Of a stretch of 20,000 nucleotides of DNA, positions 1-10,200 are shown piece after piece (position 1 is the stretch's first letter; every line of letters begins with the position of its first letter). The position numbers and the translations under genes were made by a program. The notes under the pieces were generated by a model. It saw only the letters and a list, made by a program, of their open reading frames with translations. It was not told where the DNA came from and did no database searches. Origin of the DNA: Rhizaria sp. SCN 62-66 (Eukaryota); the NCBI GenBank assembly GCA_001724265.1, contig MEDY01000108.1, positions 55,742 through 75,741 of the forward strand, given 5' to 3'.

Positions 1-232
1 ATAAGCGAACCTCGATCGATCGATCAACGCAGAGAGAGAGGTACCGGTTACAGCACAACAACAGCAACAGTGGTAGCAACAGCAGAAGCAATAAACGTCA
101 CAGCAGCAAAAGTAACAGTGGAGGCAGAAGCAAGAAGCCAGAAGCTTCGCACGCACACGCTAGTTAGCTAGATAGTTACCGTAAGTTAGTTCGTTAGTTA
201 CTGTCATATACAGTCAAGACAATAACAATAAC

Positions 233-583
233 TCATACAGGGAGACTGCAGACTGCGATACCGGCATCAAACACAGTACCCACGGCCACCAATACCCGCT
301 CTGGGCCGGTCACCATCTCGAACGCATCCTCAAACTGCTCTGACTCGGACTTAGACTCTGTTTTTGACTGCGCCTTTGACTGCGACTGTGAGGGTAAGTG
401 CGAGTGTAAGTGCGAGCGCGAGCGCAGCCGCGGCAGTAATGGTGACGGCAATGGGACGGCGACCGACGATCCGCCGAGCTTGAGCCCTGCGGCCGCTGGC
501 TCTGGCTCCGAGAGCAACGTGATGGCCGCCTGTTTGGGCTCACCAGTCGCCGATAAGGGCACGAACGATACATGCAATGGCGC

Positions 584-636
<53 letters not shown>

Positions 637-3600
637 TTGTAATCAAACCAAACAAACACGAACGAGAAATAAAAGCAATTTAAAGAGAGAAACGCAATTA
701 AGGGAGAGAAAAAACAATTAATGGGAGTAATAACATAAAAGGCAGCAGAGGAGATGCAAAGAAAGGGGAAAAGCATTGGGAGCAATACAAAATGGGGAGA
801 AAAGCACAGGGAGAAGAAGAAGAAAGACAAAAAGCGCAGTTGTTAAATGTGAGAGTAAATGTTTGTTTGTTGTTTTTCGAGATAAGCACGCATCCATTGA
901 CATAAAGCCATGTAAAGTTATACATCGTGTGCAACAGATTGAGATGATTTTAGAGCAGCAGATGCTGATATAACAAACACACAACTCAAAGTGTCAATTA
1001 CGCTGCTCGATAGTAGTTGCAATTAGTCACCAAATATAAACGAAACGAAATAAACACGGATCAAAGTTCTCAGCTGAACCAGTATAAACAAAGCAAACAC
1101 TGTCACTCACCAAGTTTGATTAACGTAAACAAAGCTAAACAAAACCGCAACGCTAAATAAAGCGAAGCTAAGCAAAGCTAAGAGAAGTTCCGATATTCAA
1201 AGAGAGCTCGTATACTATGACATCTCTCTCTGAAGTATTAATAGTGCAGGAATGGCAGACGTACCTAGACTGGAGGGATCAGACGCAGTTGCGATAAAGC
1301 GGTGAATCAACGGATGTGACGCCACCCAAAGCCCCCTCTGCTGCCCATGGTCATTCTTCAGCTGCTCACGGTCACTCTGCTCACCACTGCGAGGATGATT
1401 GTGCACATCGAAGGGGCGGCTTACTTTACTGTCAGAAAGCCAGAGGTTATCAGCAGCACCATCAATCGCCACTGTAGCCACCGCTTTCGTCCCCACCTTG
1501 TACTCATAATACCTCACCTGCTTATTCTTATTCTTCTTCTTACCGACAGCGTCGTCCGCAGTCGCCGTGTAAGTGTCCTCAGTGTGAGTGTCATTGGTGT
1601 AAGGGTGCGCAGTGCAAGTGTAAGGGTATGCGGCTAAACTTCGGTCCTGCGTGGAAGCCACCCAGATTCGTTTCGCTGCCTTATCAATAATGACGCCATT
1701 GGGCTGAGACAGGCCCTCCACCACTAATGAGCACTCAGTACCCATGAGTGCGTTCTCCTTTTTGTTGTTGTTCTTGTTGTTATTGCGGTTACTCGTGGGT
1801 GTAGCACCCGTGAGTGAACAGAGGGCAAGGGAGCCCCAACGACGAAATGAAGCCATTTCGAACAGAGTGCCAGGGCCGTCTGCGGCAGGGGTGTTTAAGA
1901 AGTTACTATTGATGTTGTTGTTGTTGTTGTTGTTGTTGTTGAGAAAGAGGAAAAGAAGGAAACAGCGAGAGATAAAAGAATCAACAGTAAAAAGACGTGA
2001 GAGTGAGTGGGTCAAGTTAGAGGTGGTAAGATTGCGCACGTGCTCATAGCTGCACACATGCTTACGAGTTGTTTCGATGTACAAGAGCGTCATATCCACA
2101 GAAAAATAAATCGACTTATATCAACAAAACACGTGGAGTACATCGAATCATGCGTTTCTTGTGATATCACACTACAAAGCAAACATGTTTAAAGCAAACA
2201 CGTATGCATTCATCAAGCCAATCACATCAAAGCACTCACATCCAAAGCATTGACTCCGTAGCGTCTTATCAAAACATGTGTAAAAGAATTGCCTCCGTAG
2301 CATCACTTCAAAGCGTGTGAGAAACATTGACTCTGTCACAGTCGCAGTGACAGCTTCGTCAAAGCATAACCAACAACTTGCAAAGCACAAGAGTATCTTA
2401 TACAGGCGGCAACCAAAGCTTCTTGTTTTCTCCGACCGATACTTTTGAATAATTAAAGAGTCAAAACAGCACACTTATAACAACAAATAATTAGCATATA
2501 TAACATCAATAATGAAGCAAGCGTGGTAATATGTGAGTAACTAAGCAAACGTACGTCGCCACAAAGGTATCCCTATCGAGAAATGCAACCCCGTTAAGAT
2601 TCCTCAGTTGTTTGGGATGTGATTGGGCATCTGCCACTGCAACTAGCCTCAAAGCCAGAGATGGTAAAAGATCGGTTACGTTTGCACGTAGTTGGCTCAC
2701 AGTTACAACACTCTCACTCTCATCGAAGCGATGACTACCATCACCGTCGCTTTTGTTGTCACCGTCGCTGTTGCTGTTGCTGTTGTTGTTGTTGGTCTCG
2801 TTGTCCCTGTTGCTTGTCGTAGGAGTGGGAGTAATTGAAATGAGGTCAAAAACGGCCACTGCAGGCCCTTTCCGAGCCACCAAAACCACAGCAACTCGAA
2901 TGCCCCCCGCCTCCTTATTATGACTCCTTGTAGTTTCACCACCATTATCACCATCACTATTGTCGTTGCCGTCATCTTGTGATGACGGTGTTGATGATGT
3001 TGACGTTGATTCATCAGTTACTGAGAGTGTGAAACCTAAGGGTTGAAAGTCAGGCCGCGTTTCAAAGTCCCAACCCCTTAGAGGCAGTGCTCGAAACAAG
3101 CCGCCCCCCTTAGATACATCACCCTTAAACTCATTCGACGCGCCCTACTTAGACGCATCCCCCTTAGACGCAGCCAACGCGTTTGCAGCGAGCTTGTTGG
3201 CAGCTTCAATAGCAACATCGTTTGCAATTGCGACTAAAACTGCCCCTTGGTATTGTTGTTTCCCTAACATCGCCAGCCTTCCGGCCGAGGTGGAGAGATC
3301 AAGCCCTTCCCCCGCCCCCGCCATAGTAGGATCCCCTGCCTCCCTCATAGTCGCGGTGGCAACCGATTGGTCGCCGAAAGCGCGGCGATAGGGGGCGGAG
3401 GCGGCGAACAGCAGAGGACCAGCTAAGCGTAAATCCTCAGCTGCACGCATGAGGGGCGAAGAGGCGTCGATAGCGACACAGGAGGACGCTGATGATGCCG
3501 ATGCTGGTGCAAGGGCGCTGTCGATATAGGGCCGGAGAGCGACAGAGAGGAGGCAAAGTATAGCAGAGCACACGTGTTTGGTTTGCGAGAGACACAAAGT

Positions 3601-3919
3601 GAGAGGGATAAAGCGGCATGGCAATAGGACAAAAGGAAATAAACAAGTAAGGTTAATTAAGGATTAAGGAAACGCACGTATACTTGCTTACAAAACGATT
3701 GGCGCCAAGACTAGCGAGATATATGAGAAGATATGTTTCCGGGGAAAGACATCGATGACGAAGGACGGACCTGTTTTTTGTCATAAGAAGCGGTAGCCTT
3801 GCATTGTTGGGGGTGAGAGTGGTGAAAAAGTCGAGAGCTGCAAGGTAGTTATATATGCCATAGGCGAGCGCGAGCGCTAGGAACGCTGATACAGAAGCAC
3901 AACGACTCTTGAGAATCAT
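233..3919 (-). CDS. Paraoxonase/arylesterase (PON-family, Ca2+-dependent six-bladed beta-propeller) protein, ~700 aa. Four exons: 3919-3771, 3517-2555, 1905-1265, 582-233. Contains an in-frame TAG at 3147-3145.
   Basis: Exons joined by hand at GT-AG sites keep phase (2,2,1) and total 2103 nt = 701 codons. The product has an N-terminal hydrophobic segment (VSAFLALALAYGIYNYL) and PON motifs in the correct order: AAEDLRL (PON1 GSEDLEI), DFQPLGF (FNPHGI), LRNLNGVAF..FVAT|N (SVNDIVAV..FYATN), LFEMASFRRWGS, SQPNGVII (FANGINI), GAADNLWL (LVDNISV), WVASHP (WVGCHP), VGTVFDAGIAVCSLPV* (IGTVFHKALYCEL*). Ends in TGA at 233-235. An upstream in-frame ATG at 3997 is also possible. Confidence 0.88.
583..1264 (-). 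other. Intron 3 of the PON-like gene (682 nt, phase 1)
   Basis: Donor AG|GTACGT, acceptor (AAC)n-AG|CG; frame joins DPSSL-A-PLHVSFVP. Confidence 0.8.
584..635. repeat. (GTT/AAC)~17 microsatellite immediately 5' of the intron 3 acceptor
   Basis: Perfect trinucleotide run read directly from the sequence. Confidence 0.95.
1906..2554 (-). other. Intron 2 of the PON-like gene (649 nt, phase 2)
   Basis: Donor AC|GTACGT, acceptor (CAA)n-ATCAATAG|T; splicing rebuilds the conserved FVATN motif. Confidence 0.85.
1913..1941. repeat. (GTT/AAC)~9 microsatellite just 5' of the intron 2 acceptor
   Basis: Perfect trinucleotide run read directly from the sequence. Confidence 0.9.
3145..3147 (-). other. In-frame TAG within exon 2 of the PON-like gene (candidate sense/recoded codon)
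   Basis: ORFs 3145..3624 and 2506..3099 are in the same frame and separated only by this TAG plus 15 open codons (ASKGDASK*GASNEFKGDVSKGGGLFRALPL). Confidence 0.8.
3518..3770 (-). other. Intron 1 of the PON-like gene (253 nt, phase 2)
   Basis: Donor AG|GTCCGT, pyrimidine-rich 3' part, acceptor GACAG|C; reading frame preserved (..KN-S-ALAPAS..). Confidence 0.7.
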
Positions 3920-4286
3920 CGTCCCAGTCGACTTTGCTATGGGTCGGTGGCAGCAAACGGGGGAGTCGGAGGTGTGAGAGCTCGAGGATATGATCATAGA
4001 TCGGGAAATTAATAACCATCCGAACTTTAACGCGCTGTTTAAAACATTAATCTTTAATTATATTCCTTGAAGTTCCGTTTTCACGCTAGGGGATATCTTT
4101 TCGTTAACACTCGCAGCCTTGCCCGGAGCAGCGCGACGAGAGCGACCTAAGTTTGAATTCCTTCCTTCATTTTTCTTCCGCTCACATCTTTCTGGCTTTA
4201 AACAACCACACCTTTGCATTTTTATACTTCTTAAAACCACTCGCACGTGTTTTTAGGGTCGTCTAGATCTTTCGCAGAGCTTGCGA
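3920..4286. promoter_or_regulatory. Short head-to-head intergenic region (likely shared/bidirectional promoter plus 5' UTRs)
   Basis: About 370 bp between the divergent inferred start codons at 3919 (-) and 4287 (+); more AT-rich than the exons. Function is inferred from position only. Confidence 0.5.
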
Positions 4287-7200
4287 ATGCGTCCCTCAGG
4301 CTCAGGCTCAGGCTCTGTCAGTGGCAGCGGTGGCAGTGGCATTCCTATTGCTCCCCCTCCTACTCCTCTCCCGTACGCTCTATCACTTTTTAACAACATT
4401 TATACCAACTTACACCATTATTTTGTGTTATCTCCTGATCATTTGGCTTAGCCACAACGTATTATCTCTTTGAAACCCTGTTTCGTCAACCACAATCATC
4501 CCTCATCGTTTTCGTTTCTCCTATCTTTACTCTTTGATACCTTCCTCCCTTTTAGCCCCGCTGCATTGCTCTCCAAGCTCCGCGCAATTCCGGCCGTTTC
4601 GCAAGCGTCCCTTACCCCTCAAGCCGTTACCGACCTCAAATGGGGGTTTGTCGAGCCTACCTTAGCTGCTTTAGCAAGGGCTTCTGGATCAACAGCTATT
4701 GATGATCTAGTTGAATCACGTCGTAAAGAAAGGGCGTTTGAACGGGCATCTCCTCTGGGACCGAACAAAGCGCGCGAGGCGGCGTATCAGGTACGCGTAC
4801 TTCCATGTATACTAATTAGATTCGCACTGTTACTGCACTTACATTCAAACACTCGCTTGAGATTGAGAAGTCTTGATCTGATTTGCAGATGTGATGCTTG
4901 TAGACTATACTTTGCTTTGGCTTGATGAGTCGCTACGATATTCGCTATATATATGAGTTATTTACTCACAAAATGCAGTTTTCCTTCAAGATTGATTCAT
5001 ATTCGCTCACATCTTTGCTGTTTCATTCTTGCTTCTCTTGTTTGGTTCATGTTGTTCACGACTACCATTTACCTTGCGTTTACATATTGCATATATCTGT
5101 CGACACTTTGTGCTGTCACTCTATCTTTTCGCTTTGTATATGTGTCTTAGGCGGCTTGTCTTAAAACAGCGGCTAATATTGCATCTGTTTCCTTACCCGC
5201 CCCCTCACAGTCACAAGCTGTTATAAGCCGCCTTTCTCAAAACTCTCATAACTCTCAAAACTCAGCCTCTAATGCTGCTGCTGCTGCTGCTGGTTTGACT
5301 GGTGACAAAGGGGGGGTTTCAGTTTCAGTTGTTGCTGTTGAGAAAGTGACTGTAGCATCGGTTTTGACTGCTTTGGCCGCAAAGGCGGCTTATGTTTCGA
5401 CAGCGACTGAGAGTATGCCTGGCCAGGGCGTTTCCACCAAACAACAACAACAACAACAACAACGCTTGCAACAACAACAACAACAACAACAGCAACAGCA
5501 ACATCAGCAGCAGCAACAGTCTCAAATGCAGTCACAACTGAAATCTCCACCTCAACCTCAGCCTCAGCCTCAGCAGCAGCCTCAGCAGCAGCCTCAGCAG
5601 CAGCAACAGCAACAGCAACAGATTACAGAGTTGCAGCAGCGTTTGTCGCAATTGCAAGCTATGGTTGCTCACCAACATCAACCTCAGTCTTTACAACAAC
5701 AACAACAACTACAACAACAACAGCAGCAGCAATTACAACAGCATCAGCATTTGCAGCAGCAGCAACAGCAACAACAAAGGGGTATGATTGCAACACCTAG
5801 CCGTTTTTCAGCAAGGCCACAGTCACCTATCATCACCCCTGCCTTTGCCGCTGCCCCTTTTGCCACATCTGACCCTCATGCAGAGTCTATTTCTCATCAA
5901 TCTCAGTCTGCGAATGCGCAGGGGCGGGGGCCTGGTGCCAGAGTAGAGAGACGGGGGCCTGCGGGTTTAACAACGGCACAGCTGCAGCGGCCACAATCAG
6001 GTCGTGGCCTAGTAAATACTGTTAACAATAATAACACTATCAACAACATCAACAATATCAGTCCTAGTAACGCTACGAATAACAGCATTGTCAATCCTAG
6101 GAGTACGAATCACAATAGTATCGTTTACTCTGATTCTTCGAATGCCGGCTCTGCGAGTGCTGCTTTCACTGCTAATGCCAACGCTGTTTCTTCCTCCTCC
6201 AACGCGACTGCAACTGGGGCTGCCACGGTGACTGATGTTTTCAGCACAGGCCTCGGCCGCCGCCGACCTGCCCCCGCTACTATGGCGGGGGCGGGGGGCG
6301 CTATGGCGGGAGCGGGGGGGTCGTCGTCATCGTCGATGTTGTTGGAGAAGGGAAAAGTAGGGGCTACGCTGGCAGCTTTGGCTGGAGGGCCTGATGTTGA
6401 CGATGATGACAACGGTCACGCTGCGCAAAAACAGCAACAACAACAAAAACAGCAGCAGCAGCAACAACAACAACAGCAGTTTCAACAATAGCAGCAGCAG
6501 CGGCGGCCTCAGCAGCCTCGATGGCATCATCCTGATGACGACCACGACGACGATAATGATGGCCGCTTTAACGCCGATAACGATGACGTCAACGGTCGTT
6601 TCCGTTACCACAGCGCCACTGAGCCCGAGCCGGAGCCAGAGGCTGAGGCTGAGTTTGAGAATGGAGCTGTGACGGAGGCTGGAGCAGGAGCTGCTTTGAG
6701 TAATCACAATTCCCGTGTCAATACTAAAAAAACACCCCTTCCTGGCTCTAGCTCAAACTCAAAATCTAAACCCAGCAGCAGCAGCAGTAGCGGCGGCGGC
6801 GGCGGCAGCGGCGGCGGCGACAAAGGGGGTGATGCTGGTAGTAATAACGGTAGTTTGATGGCTACTTTACGCCGGGCTCAGGCCCGAGCTTCAGCTGAAT
6901 CCTCTCGGGCTGAGAAGGCTGAACGCATTGCCGCCGCCGCACAACGGGAGATAGCTTTATTACGACAACAGCTCGAAAGGTCCGAGGCTGCTTCCGCCGC
7001 CGCTGCCGCCGCCGCCGAACTTGTTGCTGAAACGGCTGAGGCTGCTGAAGCCGAGGCTGCTGAGGCGACGAAAGCAGCAACTGCAGTCGCGGCGGCGTCA
7101 GCGGGGGCGGGGGCGACTCATGCAGCCTCTCTCTCTCACGCTGCTGCCGTTGGCTATAACAATAATAATAACTCTAGCAATGGCACTGCTACTGGGAGTG

Positions 7201-10200
7201 GTTCTACTGCGTCTGGCTATGATCGTGGCAGCCCTCTCCCTATGCCTCCGCGCAATCGTACTCGCACTAGCAACATCAGTAATAATTACAGCAACAGCAA
7301 CAGCAACTCAACTGCTGCTGCTACTACTAATCCTGCTACTGCTGCTTCTCATCCCACTGCTGCTTCGAATGTATCAACAGCGGCAGCGGCGGCGGCGGCG
7401 GCGGCGGCGGCAACTCGATGTGCTTCCTTAGCACCTAACGCCAATAGTTGCCCCCACTGTCCCTTGTCATTACTTGCCGCGTTAGATGCCGTAGCCCTTG
7501 CAGCCGGCGCCACAGCCGCTTTGACTGGGCTCCATCAAGATGCTGAATCTATGCTCGCGTCGGCAAGCGCTCACAGTCAAAGCCACGGCGGTGGCGGCGG
7601 TGGGAGTAATCTTTCTACGGCAGTGCCAGTGGTTGCAGTCAGGGCATTAGCAAGCTCTCTAGCTGCTGCTAAGGCTGCCACTGCTGAAGGGGTCTTGGCG
7701 TTACGCTCCCGCATTGGCTGCGGCGGCAGTGGTCAGAGCCACCACAACAACAACGGTTACGGTGATAGTAATAATGATGGTGATTATGGTGTTGGCGGCA
7801 ATAGTAGCGATGGTGTCTTTGCTTCAGCTCCTTTCCGTAGCCGCTATTCAAACTCATCTCACAACTCCTCAGTTTCTCCTCATACTGTCACACTCGTGGC
7901 GGGCAACGGTGTGTCGATGACTCTCGAAGCACAGCCCTTCATGGCTGTCCCTTCCGCACATGTAAGTGCACATGAAAATGTAAGTGTGGGTCCTACAACA
8001 CCTGCTGCGAATGTGAGTGCGAGTGTAAGTGCGAGTAATACACTTGCTGCGTCTGCTTCCCTCGCAGCCTCAACAGGTCTTTCATTCCTTCACGTCTCAA
8101 CTCCTACAACAACAGCAGCAGCGGCGGCGGCGGCGGCGGCGGCGGCGGCCGCAGAGTGCGGCTTAACTTCCTGCGCCGGGGCTGACCCAGCCTCCGTCCG
8201 CCGCCTCTTAACCGCCGCCGCTACCATGGCGGGGGCGGGGGGCGGTGTAATAGCGGCGGTGGCGGCGGTGGCGAAGACTGTGACTATACCTGGAGGAGCT
8301 TTGCAATCGTGGGCTGAGGCTGAAGCTGCTGCTGAAGCTAGTTATCTATTCCCCTCTCGCCCACAGCCGGAATCGCACGTACACTCGCAATCTCAGTCAA
8401 ACGCGCAGAGGTTGCCTAGTTTAGTGTTGACGCGTGCTTCCTTATCCACACTTGCTGCTTCGCTGCAGAGGTTACAAACGGCTTTATCAGCACACGCACC
8501 GTTACTCGCAGCCGCCTCTGCCGCCGCACCCTTAGGCGCTGCCTTAGGGCTGTTGAGCCACGACGCCCGGGCGCTCGCTAATGCTGACGCGTCTTCTAAC
8601 TCGAATGCGAGCGCGAGAAAGCGCGGGTTAGGCGGGTCGCAACAACGAAGCGGCGGTTTTGCCAGCGGGCAACGGCAGTCAGCTACTACTACTGCGCGGA
8701 ATAGCAGTAGCAAGAGTGGCGGCAGCCAGAACAACAACAGCAACAATCGACCTAAATGGTCCCACGTCGCCGCTAATAATAACAGCAAGAACAACGCGTT
8801 TGACGAAGATGACGGCTATGACAACAACCACTACGACGATGTCAATAGCGATGATGCTTATGATGCAGACTCTGATTCTGACGCTGATGCTCGTCCCAGC
8901 GGCAGCTCTGCGGCGGCGGCGGCGGCGTTATCTGGTCTTTCCCCGTTTTTATGTCTCGCCGCCTCGTCCTACTCTGATAGTAGTAGTAATTCTAACAGTG
9001 GTGGTGGTTTTGGGAGTGATGATGGTTCAACTGTCGCCGCCCCAGGTTTGCCTGATCTCATCACTGCAGTCGCTGCCGCTCAAAGCGCAATCGCATCGGT
9101 CGCCCCTTTGCTTACAACACCATTAACCCCCGCCACCCTCTCTGCCCTCGGTAGTAACTCACCACTCTCAAAAATGGCAACATCAACACCAACAACAAAT
9201 GCGACTAAAACAAACTCAAATGCGGTCAAAACAGTTCCGAACGCAACGAAACGCTCTGCAGCCGCCGCTGCTGCCGCTTCTGCAAATAGCAATGCTGCCA
9301 ATCGGGCCAACACTATGTTTCGGTTCAACTTTGGCGGCGAGTCACCTGCTGTTTTGCGTGGCTTAGCAGTGTTGGGGGCGCATTCAATCGCCCCTCCTGC
9401 CGCGGCCGCGGCGGCAGCGAACGCAGCCGCCTCCACACTCGCCAAAAGGGCCTTTAACGCTGATGCCGCTACTGCTGCTTCTGCTACTGCTGCTGCTGTT
9501 GGGAGTAGTGGTTTAAATGTCGCCAGTGCTTTAGATGCTGATTTACTCCGCGGGGACTCGAGGCTCGCCCTCTCAGCCCTCCGGGCCACAGCTTTGCTAG
9601 CGGCTGAACAACACGCTCTCGCCCGCCGTGCTAATGCAGCTGCAGCTTCTTCTAACCGAGGTACCACTGGTGTTTATAAGACTGTTGGTAATGATTACGA
9701 TGATGATGATTCGGTTAAGTTCGACAGGGACGCAGATATTGAGGCAGCGTTGGCGGCTTCCGCAGACCCAACTACTGTGACCGATTACCGTAACCGTTTT
9801 GCTATTCCTTCTGTCTCATGCTTCTTTAACAACAACAATAACAACAACAGCAATAGCAACAATAATGGCAACAGTGGTAATAATGAGAATATGAGGTGGT
9901 TACCGCTACTATTACAAGGTCTCGGCCAATCAACAGCAGCAGCAGCAACAACAGCAAATGCATCAACCTGTGCGACTACTGCTGCTGGGGGAGCAGGTGC
10001 CGTCACGGACTCCCTTTTAGCCCTTGCTGTCGACCACGCAACCTCCACCCTTTCCCCTGATAACACTCTCAGCAACAACTCCTCCCACTCTGACCTAAGC
10101 CCGAGTAGTAATCACGCTCATGCCAGCGCTAGGGCACTGTTAGCTGTCTTGTTGTCCCTGCGCAATAGTTTAGCCGCCGAGCGTTCCGCCGCCCGCACCT

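Noticed and set aside
160-205. Clustered CTAAC (branch-point-like) motifs on the minus strand
   Set aside because: They lie downstream of the PON stop codon, whose C-terminus is already complete; most simply a low-complexity 3' UTR repeat.
540-1264. ORFs 540..830, 698..934, 718..984 and 776..973
   Set aside because: They lie essentially within PON intron 3 and translate to compositionally biased, non-protein-like sequence.
3145-6491. Ciliate-type code (UAA and UAG both Gln), pyrrolysine or selenocysteine decoding
   Set aside because: TAA terminates two genes here and no internal TAA or TGA is seen; pyrrolysine is not known in eukaryotes, and both TAGs lie in low-complexity loops rather than catalytic sites.
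6479-6491. Micro-intron GTTTCAACAATAG removing the TAG
   Set aside because: 13 nt would shift the frame, the donor does not match the local consensus, and many upstream CAGs would compete as acceptors.
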